Assembly: GCF_000150275.1 (NCBI RefSeq)
Contig: NW_002060958.1
Coordinates: forward strand, 1,382,088-1,446,087
Length of the DNA: 64,000 nucleotides
Origin: Trichoplax adhaerens
Lineage: Eukaryota > Animalia > Placozoa
Direction: 5' to 3'
Shown: one piece after another, positions 53,155 to 64,000 of the stretch
Layout: each line of letters starts with the position of its first letter
Numbering within the stretch: the stretch's first letter is position 1
Notes under the pieces: generated by a model
Told to the model about the DNA's origin: nothing
The model's input: the letters and a program-made list of their open reading frames with translations, nothing else
The model's database searches: none
Translations under genes and position numbers: made by a program

Positions 53155-54028
53155 TTATGCTATATATGAACCTCCTATCCACCAATTCGTTGTAGAAGTA
53201 GACGACTTCGAACATGAAAAATTCGGATTCTTAAATAAATAATCACCAAATGCATATTCATGTCCATTTAAGCCTGGAACTACCCATTTATCACATTTAC
53301 CTGCTGCGTAATTAACGTGTATCAATAGATGAAAACTATTTCCACCATCCCATATCGGTATACTACACTGTCTACAGGTATGACCACGAATGTTAACGTA
53401 ATCCACTTTAGTGCAATGGTAAGCTTTTGAACTTTTGAAGAACCATTGATAGTTGCAAGATGAAACTCGAAGATAGTCTCGATGATTACGGATTCCTTTA
53501 ATATCATCTGGATTAAAATTACAAGTCGCTCGATAATGAGTCGATCCTCGAGCATTTTTAATCGATTTCATTGTTGCAGTACTTAATCGATATTCTTGCC
53601 AATTTATACGAGTACAACTTGGCGTCGGAGCATTATAATCGAAGCTTTTACGATATTTAGCCTTTCTAGAATTAGTTAATGAAAGTGACTCAACAAGTGT
53701 CCAAACAAATCCAGGATCAGAATGAAAATCGCAAAATGTGGTATAGGGCTGATTATTTTTATCATATAAGATAAAGTAACCATTTTGCAGAGTTCCCGAT
53801 ACTAATTTCTCTTGTAAACAGGATTTTGGCTTGATAGCCTAATTAAAGCATAATAGCAATTTCCTCAATGAATTAGCGTTTGTACACTTTGAACTATTCA
53901 CAATAATTTCAATCCACTAAATATATCAAAATAAATAAAGTTTAAAATACAATCTTCTGTGTACTTACCGCTGGCATTGCAAACGCCAGCATACTAAGCA
54001 TGATGACTATGGAGAGCTGTGTAGCCAT
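53155..54028 (-). CDS. Secreted intelectin/fibrinogen-related-like protein, 247 aa. Exons 54028-53969 and 53838-53155
   Basis: Signal exon MATQLSIVIMLSMLAFAMPA|gtaagt; exon 2 KPKSCL...NGYFILYD...TTFCDFHSDPGFVWTLVES resembles the start of FReD/intelectin domains; Cys-rich tail ending STTNWWIGG; TATAAATA at ~54184-54177. Confidence 0.85.
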
Positions 54029-55929
54029 GATTTTTTATTTAAGTGAAAGTCTCTTGCACTAACCAGATACTTAATGAACAGAAGATAATCATATACAGCT
54101 AGTGCCACCAAGTAACGAATCTTGTCGTATCGAATAGAGAAGACTGTACTTAGCAAAAATAATGATTTTAAGGCTTTATTTATAGATTACAACGATATTA
54201 CTTTCATATTAAGAACATTCATTTGAAATCTTACCCTTTCACAACTTTATTGCAATGAATAATGTACGTGTATTAGAAAATTTCAATGCATTGTTCAATA
54301 TCACTGCAGGCTCTATAAACTGTGTATTCTCCAGAATCTGTTTGAATATACATATTCCGTATATTACTTTCGTAATTTTGAGCTTTCTTCTGATGGTCTA
54401 GTTCAGCAAGAGTAATTTACTTTACTTGCACAATCCTATTCTAAGCCAATATACATATAACATATGAAAGTACACAAGCATATACAGTTTATATTATGCT
54501 AGTACTTAAATTAATATCAGGAATACTAATAGGGTAGGTTAAATACGAGTAGGTTTATATCATCAACTAACCCTAAAAAATGCCCATTTCATTCTTATCA
54601 CTAATTACAGGCTTTATTGATAATTACCTTTAGGAACTAATATATACCTCTACCCATAAACTGCGAAATAAAATAATTTCATTTGTTCTCATAATCGTAC
54701 AATAAGGACGAAAATAGAACCTAAATGAGTCTTAGAATTGCATCTGTTAAATAAGAAGCATGACTGAAAGTACAATAGCATTATAGAGGCTATTGATCAG
54801 ATCATCGTAAATCTATAAATAGGGCATTTATTCGTATTTTAGCAATTACAATATAACCTACTTAAATAGCGTATATATGCATTTGTTATCAGTTATTTGC
54901 TCTTAAAATATAACAAATAATCTACCATAAAATAAATGTCACAAATATTAAATTTATAACAAATATAATTTGTTATAGCGCTTAATAATCCGATCATTGG
55001 CAGTGGAATCTGTCTATTTATAATTTGATTATTCTTTTACGTAAGAGTTGACAGAGACTAAGCAACTATAGAACTCAAATTTTATCTAACATACCGTTTT
55101 ATAGAAATGAAAATAATTTCTGATGAGCATGCAGTCGTGACTGTAAGACTATTTGGTTTGATAATTAATTGTTTGAGTATTAATATTTTCAGACACTTAT
55201 AACTCAACTCTAATATTTATTAGTGATGGTGTATGTTAGCATACTATGCATAGACTTCTATAACGTTGAAATGCTATACTCGTAAGTTATATGGGAATGT
55301 TACAGTAAATTGTTCGATAATTTTAACACAAGATAAAAGATTAGAATCTCTAGACACTCATAGCTCAACTCTAAGTAATCATCTGTTTTGATGTAACTTA
55401 CCATGCATGGATTTTCATAATATTAAAATGTTATAAGTGTTACAGGAATGTTATGGTAAATGGCACGATAATGTTAATGCAGAACAGAATTGCGCTTGGG
55501 TATCAAAGGAATAGGAAATAGAAAAAAATGGCCGCGGCTTGAGTTTGTAGCGTTTGCTCTTCAATTTAACGCTGGGAAAGTTAATTTAATGATTGATTTC
55601 CTTACAAAACAAAAAAGTGAAAAAGAAATTATTTGTGTGCATACTTCCGTCAAAGTACATCCCGAGTTACATAATATATTATTCAATCTCTTCTTCCACG
55701 TAGCTAAGATACTATAATTTTAGTTTAGGAAACTTTACGGAGTAAATTTATTGCATTTCTCCTACGCATTGCCAAAAATGATTATCAGTAACGTCGAATA
55801 TTACCCAATAGTCATTAAATAAAGAATGTATAAGATAAATGCTATTGTGTACGGTATACTCATAAAATGCAAGTTGTCTTCCAGTCAATAGCAGCTTTGC
55901 TAATTTGGAGTTATTTAACACGGAGTATG

Positions 55930-56370
55930 ATACCATATCTGTAACATAGTTGAAATATTTAATCTTACAGAGACATGCCATAAAACAATTTAAACCATCG
56001 CGTCGATTAGGAGATTTTTAGCGATGTTATTGAGCTGTTGTTGTTACAGAAATGTTAATCTATTCATTCATTAATTTACGATAATCTTTATATTAGGGAT
56101 TATTCATCAATAAAACCAAGTCAAGTAATGAACTATTGCAGTGATATTAAATAAAGCTATAACAATAAGTTAAATTGTTTAAAGTGAAGGGGAAATTGTC
56201 TGTAAGATAAAAGGCAGATTAGTACCAATAAATCAGTGCAGAAACAATCATTAGAAGGAAACTCTAATTCATAGCAAGCTATATTGTAGGTTTGCTAGAT
56301 CAACGAAATAGAAGGATAATTATAATTACCTTATGTCACAATCTAGGTCGTGAAATTTATATCTATAGAT
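55930..56370. repeat. ~430-bp segment duplicated at ~60050-60490
   Basis: catatctgt...agacatgccataaaa...catcgcgtcgattaggagatt...taggtcgtga.atttatatctatag in both places. Confidence 0.9.
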
Positions 56371-59300
56371 GGTGAGATAGCTTAAAATTAAGAATTGGTC
56401 AAATAAAGAAAGCGAACTTACAGCTAAAGGAAACATTTTTTTTAATCCCTGGGAACAGGTGTTGTTTCAGTTATCAACTTAATTCAAAGTTTTCTTCTTG
56501 TTATACTAATACATCAGGTTTTTATTTTTATTATATTATTACTTACGGTTCAATACTTAACTCATTTTCTTTAAAAACAGAAGGATAGTGACAATGAAGA
56601 TAGATCTATCTCGTTATATAGAAAGCCCATTCAAAATTTGTCTAGACTTGCCTATAAATTGATGTATTAGACATGCAATATTTCTCAGGAAATGCAATAA
56701 TGGAAATGCAGTATAACAATATAGTACCATCAACAAAATCTATATTACAAAGCAGAGTTATTGATAATTAAAGTTACCTAATTTTAGAAGAAAAGTTCGA
56801 AAAATAAAACCAGATTTTTATACATCAGATTGCTTGTACACGCTACATCTGTATAGTTTACTTGTTTACTTTCAAATTCTGTAGAATCAGTTATCGTAAG
56901 GCAATTAACAACTAAAAGGTTAAGCTACGACTTTGACTTTATAAGTAGACAGTTAATGATTAACCGGTATTAAAAGTTACAGAATAATAGTAGTACAGTT
57001 AAGCAAAATATCCCGAACTAGACATTTTATTAGTAAAATTAAAATTTGCCGCATCTATCTGCACTTCGCATCAGCTATTTAGTAATTAATGCCAAAGTAG
57101 CCCAAGTAATAACAAATAAATACTGTATTTCAAATTGGAACCTAATTCATATATCTCAATACTTCGCTCCAGCTTACTATTTGTTACAGCATATAATTAT
57201 AAATTATTCTATATTTCTGATTTATTCTAGAGATAAAATACCGTGATCCAATTTCGATTTCGATAAATAGTAAATAAATTGTGTTATAGCGTGGTTAACG
57301 TAGAAGCAACATTGTATTACACATTATAGATTGTTGAATCTGTAAATCATGGCTGGGTATCAATCATGCTTAAGTCTTATTCTCTTTAACGAACAATAAT
57401 ATCCAATTTGAAGGCGTTTACGCGAAACTGTACAAAGTCAAATAACAAGCATTCAGAAAAGAGAGAGAATTCAACATTCTCGGTGGATGCCGCTTGGAAG
57501 AAGTCACTGCTAATTTAGCTTATAAATTTAAGTTTCTGATACAATCATTTCATGGAACGAAAAGCAATCAAACAAACGATTTAAAGTGCTTGGGAATGGT
57601 TAGATATTGATTTTAATTAAAATATGCGAATTTTGGCTTGGATAAATCATAAGTAAAATTTATTCTGAAAGGAATCAAAAAGAAAGCAAACGACCTTTAA
57701 AAGATTTAAGCATAATACATTACGACATTCATTTTCTTACAATTATAGTAAACCGAAGCTGAGAATACTTCAGGTGGTGATATTTTTAAGGAACTGAATA
57801 ATTAAATAAAAGTGTATCGCACGAGTAAGTAGTACAAATTGACATATAGGTTTAAAGTGCCATCAAGGAATAAAGGCGTAACACTTTAACCTCTAATATA
57901 TTAATATATCGTTAATCGTACTTGACAGAGAGTACATACAAACGATGGAGCTTTTTCAGGATATTTTATTGAATCCATTTGCTGCTAAAATTGTCGATAA
58001 ACTCAATTTCTGACCTTATTGAATCAAATTGGCCCTTAAACTCTAATTTAAATAAGAGTGTTAAAAATCACTTTTCCTAGTACGTAACTATGTATTACAG
58101 GTCATAGATTTTTAGCTATTTGCCTGATGCTACCTCGTCTCTTAAATCAGCTAGCTACAGTTTTATCTAAAATTTGAATAAGATTTTAATCTGTTCCGGG
58201 CATTAATGCAAAAATATGTGTAAGCTCTTTCCTAGATTACTGATAGGCATTGATGTTAATATTCAGATAGAAAGAGTATGATAGAATACTAGAAAAAAGT
58301 ACNNNNNNNNNNNNNNNNNNNNNNNNNNNNNNNNNNNNNNNNNNNNNNNNNNNTATTCCATATAGAAACTTATTCTTCACTCTCAATTATCCCAATAGTG
58401 GATATTATTTAGTAGTAGGAATCAGTTAAATTACATATCTTAAAATTAGTGAGAATAATCTGAGAATTCTAGGCGAATATAGATAATTTTGTTAAATGAA
58501 TAAGAATTTCGCAGAAGATTCTTTAGTCCTATTATTATTCTCATCAATAATTTTTTTCTATGGCAAGGTTATTGATCAATTCACCGATTCCTCTTCTAGT
58601 ACATTTGATCGATTGCTGACCCTATGCATAAAACTGATACACAAGAAGAAATTGAAAATCAATTTAATTTACAGGAGTATTCCATCCGATCGCAAGCTAG
58701 TTAGAATTTATTCAATATACGCGTTAATCTAAGGACCGAATCGGCCTTAGAAGTGGCCGTAACATAAATATAAATATATATCCATACAGTCATGGTCAAT
58801 AAGAAATGTACAGTTACTAATATATTTTCTTCGTAGTATTATTACAATTCGCTGCTAAGTAACTTATCAACAACTTACCCATGGTAACCAGAGCATACAT
58901 ATCATAATAGATTAAAAATCTTGAATTTTAATTGAATTGATAAATTTAGAAATTCATTAGATTACGTAACTGTAAACAAGTTGTCATATAAACCAATAGT
59001 AATGATCTAATTGGGTACGTGAGCCAAATAGTTATGCTAATGGAGTAATTTTATATTCCCTGTTGTCTGCTATTCTTAAGTCAAATCATGATATATACTC
59101 CTCTAAATAATTTATATTATTATCATAATGTATCAGCAAAGACCACGTGATAGTAACTCAAATAAATAGTAAATCTATGCAAACTAATTTCCACCCGAAT
59201 GCCAAAGAGATATATATGATAACTTATACTCAAATTTTTATATTCATCCTATTCAAGTGGCAGGCTATAAACGCCCTATCACTAAGGACAGTTTCACGTG

Positions 59301-61029
59301 CAAGAATTACGTACTCTTGGCTACTGTAGGCAATGACTATTCCTCTTCCATGGTATGCAGTAGACTATTGTATACCAAGCCTCGAAATTTTGATATTGAA
59401 TAAATTAAGTATAAAAATACTACTATCTGAAAAAGAGTTTGATATGTCTTTCCTTGGTATAAATTAAGTTCGTTATTACTTTAGGAAGGTCTAAAAATAA
59501 ATGTTTAGAGCTTTTAATAACTGAATACAATTAAAAAACTTTAAATCTGGGTGCCTAACATCTGCCAATTTACCAGCAGTTTCTATGGACAAAAATCGTA
59601 CAATAATGTATGATGGATTTGTCGTCAAAACGATAGTGTTCCATTTAAGCTAACTCAATCAGGTCAATTGCAATTCACTTCTTCTTCATCCTCATTGAAT
59701 ATTGTTGTAGATAGTGTTAGATATTAGCTACGATATCAGTTACACTAGCCATTAGATAAAGTTAGGTATATGATCATAATATCATCTATAAAGTATGGTA
59801 AAAGATTATAATTTTAATATCAATTTTTATTTCTTACAACAGTAAACTTGGACACAAGTGCCAATTAAATAACCTACTGACTGACTTCCACAACAACAGC
59901 TGTGTAGTAGCTTGTATACTATGATAAAGATTATACAACGACTGTGATATGATTAATTAATAATCAGGTTGTGGTTCTGGAAGTTAATACAGTTCATCTA
60001 TTATAATTCGTTCCGAGATTGAAATGCCTTTCTGCCTAATAAGGAGTATGATAACATATCTGTAGTGTAGTTGAAATATTTTAGTTTTACATAGACATGC
60101 CATAAAATAATTTTAAATCATCGCGTCGATTAGGAGATTGTTAGCGATGTTATTGAGCTGTTCCTGTTACGGAAAAGTTAATCTATTCATTCATTAATTT
60201 AAAATAATCTTTTTAATAGGGATTATTTATCAATAAAAAGGACTTGAGTGATTAATTATTGCAGTAATGTTGAATAAAGCTATACAGTAAGTTAAATTGT
60301 TTAAAGCGAAGAGGAAATTGTCGGTAACATAAAAGGCAGAGTCATACCGATAATATCAGCGCAAAAAGAATCATTAGAAGGAAACTCTAATTCTTAGCAA
60401 GCGATATTGTAAGTTTGCTAGATCAATGAAAAAGAGGGATAATTATTATTACCTTTTGTCACAACCTAGGTCGTGACATTTATATCTATAGCATATCAAA
60501 TTATGCGATATTACATTCACTAAATAGAAGCGTTTTGTACTCTGTAAGTAATTGTAATAAAGGGCGTCGGTCTCCAAATACTTTTTACTTACACAAAAGT
60601 ATTAACACAATAACAGGAGCTTAGGATAAGCCTTTATTACAAATTCAATTATGGTCATACTGATTATGATCTCATAGTCTAGCATGGCAATTTGTTAGAC
60701 GACAGGAGAGTGCCAGAGAATCTAAAGAGAGTTAATTCCCTTTCACTTATATAATATCCGACATCTATCGATCATAACAATAACATAAAAAATCTACATC
60801 ACGTTACGCTAAATCTTATCTATGAGTGATAGCATCAATGTGAAGGCTACTTTACTACAGTAATACGTTCCAAAACGAAAGACTCTACATAATTTCCGAC
60901 TATCCGATAATGACGATCGGTATAGTAACTAAATTAGTTAATGCAGCAACTATTTACACTGCAATACTTATTATAACATCTATGTAATTATATCACATCA
61001 GTATTACACCATTTATTACGCAGATTTAC

Positions 61030-61262
61030 TGCATTTACTTGAAAATGAGGATGATAATGACTTCCATCATTCCATATCGGTATACTGCACGGTCTATATG
61101 TATGACCACGAATATTAACGTAGTCTACTGTAGTGTAATAGTTAGCACTATTAAAGAACCTTGGATAGTTACAAAATGAAACTCAAAGATAATCTCGATG
61201 ATTACAGATTCCTTTATTATCGTTTGGATTGAAGTTGCCAGTTGTTCGAAAATGAGTCGATC
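61030..61262 (-). pseudogene. Fragment of an intelectin/fibrinogen-like paralog
   Basis: Aligns to ~53320-53545 (ccatatcggtatact...tatgaccacgaat.ttaacgta...gaaactc.aagata.tctcgatgattac), with a frameshift. Confidence 0.85.
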
Positions 61263-62608
61263 TTTGTGTTTTTTTTTTTTTAATATATTATTATAAAACT
61301 TTGTAGAAAGGTTCATTTTACCTTCTTGTTTGTAAATAAGTTAGCGTTCTGCTAGCTTTACTTAGTGTTTCTAAACTTACTGATAGCCTCCAGCTGAGCA
61401 GATGAGATCTATTAATTTGACCTGTTGCCTAGATTCTCATAGTAATCGCTGTTTACTGCTAATCTTAATATACTTTTAGACGTTGATATCACACCGTCCA
61501 AGAACAATTCATAATCAACAAATTTCCCCTACATCGTATACTAATATTGACGGGTACTATCTGGGCACCTTTCTGCTGTATTTGATGGCAAAGTAACATA
61601 ACGTTTACTGCACTTATAGTTAAAAATAATATCAGATTTATCACTATTGAAGCTTAAGTGTTCTTCTAATTAACTAACTAGATCATTTAAATTACAATCT
61701 TGCTTGATATAATTCTTGAAAAAATTATGCTGTCAGATATTATTCAATTCCAACCCGAATAATGTAAACGGGCACACAACATACTAAGATACCAAGTAAA
61801 ATGTACAGCAATCCAATAAAATGAGCTATTTTTACAAGCTACGATACTAATTACAATATAAAATATTGAAGTAGAATTCTAAATAATAACCTTTATTACC
61901 TCTAACTAATGCTAGCTAAAAATAGCATAGTAGACTTCGCAGAATTGAAAAGGATATTACTAGCGTATTATCAAATAATTAATTAAGACACATGATATTA
62001 ATTAGCAGGAACTTTTAAGATATCCCTATAATTAGTACTGTATATTACATAACTATAATGTACTTAAGTCGGATAATACTGATCTTCACTTGAAACAAAA
62101 GTATAACAGCTACTGGTATCCTTAAAATTCTTTAAGTATAATAGTGCAACAGATTAACCAATAGGATTTATAAGAAGTATCAATATCACCACCCAAAGTG
62201 CTATCTTTAGCCACCGATTTGATTACATACCAAGCTTAATTGAGAGCTATTTTTCCAAAGCTATTTGCATTACAATGCATGAGGTTAAATCACAGTACCA
62301 TTAAGGAATTTAATTGCTTTATTATTCAAATAGATGTGAATAAAATTCCTTTACTATCTCACAATTCAATATTCTTCAAAATCATTATCACGTGATTGTA
62401 TTCGTTAGCTAAATAAATAACACATACTTAGGTATACGCAAGTAAATAAATTATGAAAGTTGAAATAGATAAAAAGGATAAGAATAACTAATTTATAGGC
62501 AGAAAAAAGCTAATCACGACTTACTGTAATAAGATATATTGATTATTTCGGATTACATCTTAAACTAACTTATCTGTAATTAAATCGAGAGAAATTATCT
62601 ATAATTCT

Positions 62609-64000
62609 ATGGATTCGCGTATAATCTATTTAGTCGTTTACTTAATATTGCCTTGCCTGTTCAGTTCAATTGGTTGTAATACTGCCCATCATGATTTTAA
62701 TTGGGCTTCACGATGTCTTGATCATTGCCATTGCCAAGATGAAAATATTCGATGTAAAGCTATACCTGCTTCGATTTCAGCTATACCAGAGGGCATAAAA
62801 CAACTGTAAGTTCTAATAGAATCATCAATAATGACCCACGATATTAATTTTCTATCACTACGAGTACTTTAGGTAACACTGCCTACTTCTAGTCTATTAC
62901 GATTCTTTAAATTATTATTTCTTCTTCTTCTTCTTTTTCCTGAGAAATTTGATCCTACGATACTGGAAATTATTTCTATTTGTTTCTTAAAGCCTTACAT
63001 TTCTAAATTTACTACAATTAGCATACAGTATTCGTGCAGTTAAAACTATTAAAGAAAGGGTACAATTATTTTATAACTAATTAATGTAATTAATAGTCTA
63101 ATAGCTTGCTGCTATTCTTTGTCGATTATATTGTTAAATTTTACCTTAGATTTTGTAAAATTACTGTACCATAGTCAAAAAAGGCAGCTAAAGGTGTTAT
63201 ATTTGCAGTCTGTAGTTATATTCAATCTTGTTTTTATTATTAAAATCTTAAATTCTCATACAGGCACAAAGCGATATAGAAAATATGTAGCAGTCGGAGT
63301 AACTTGTCTTGTTATAAAGCTAGTCTCTATGTGGTTTCGAGCAAATCAGTGATGCTAACTCTTTACGGACATTTTTGTAATCATCGTTGCGGGATCTTAA
63401 CACTAATGTCTGTATTCATAGATTTGTCGAAGAAGAGCCGATTTGTGATGAAAAAGGCGTCAAAAACTTAATAGAACTTGCTCTAAATGCCAACATAAAA
63501 CTAGTAGGCTACTGTAAATCTGCAAATTTGCGCCATAAACACTCCTTTAATGAGCTGCTAGTCAAAAAATTAGCAGATTCTCAAGGTAAATGAGCACAAT
63601 TATACAGTTTCACTAAAGTAAGAAAATATAATCTTTGTTACTTGATAGCCTTAGTTCATGCGTTATAACCAAATTATTTGAAATTGAGTTATTTCATCAT
63701 CTTGCTTTGAAATAACTCTGAAATCACTTTCACTACCAACATTATTGGCTTGGATTCTTGCTGCGCAGACATTTGAGCTAAATATTTTTGGGCAAAGTGT
63801 ATACTCTTACACTCGTAATTTTAGCTATCTGATTACTGTAATATCCGGTTAATCATTATTAGTTCAACATTTAAAATACAAGCATTGTCATCTGAGCCTA
63901 GACTAAGGTTTAGAAATAGATAAAAATAAAATTTTTTACTTGTTTCAGACATATATGATGAAACAAGTCATCAACGCGTCAAGAAAGCAGGATTTAATAT
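62609..64000 (+). CDS. 5' part of a secreted or membrane protein with an LRRNT-like Cys cap. Exons 62609-62805, 63422-63585, 63949->64000
   Basis: Signal peptide, then CLDHCHCQDENIRCKAIP...IPEGIKQL with a phase-2 gtaagt donor; the following exons splice in frame and run off the window. Confidence 0.65.

Overview
AT-rich, intron-containing animal genomic DNA with two assembly gaps (6191-6240, 58303-58353). The compact GT-AG introns and gene content suggest an early-branching metazoan such as a placozoan; this is inference only. Two housekeeping genes can be fully reconstructed: UBE2Z (+, 7 exons) and a GPD1-type glycerol-3-phosphate dehydrogenase (-, 10 exons) ending in a PTS1-like AKL. Around them are three locally duplicating and decaying families. 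(1) A tandem cluster of secreted prepropeptides, where an acidic pro-exon is spliced to an exon missed by the ORF track that encodes WWRRRRRRRRRIFLTRRSWWNQRVPGYY-GR; one copy is intact and two are pseudogenes. (2) An intronless family with an unnamed ~330-350 aa domain whose motif order resembles the triphosphate-tunnel (CYTH/Cet1-like) barrel, present as a one-domain gene, a three-domain 1290-aa gene, a pseudogene and a fragment. (3) Secreted intelectin/fibrinogen-like proteins, one intact and two decayed. Helitron remnants and CTAG termini sit next to the duplicated blocks. The window also holds an intronic hairpin-bearing ~186-bp tandem array, MITE-like elements, an orphan type II membrane protein gene and the 5' end of an LRRNT-type gene.
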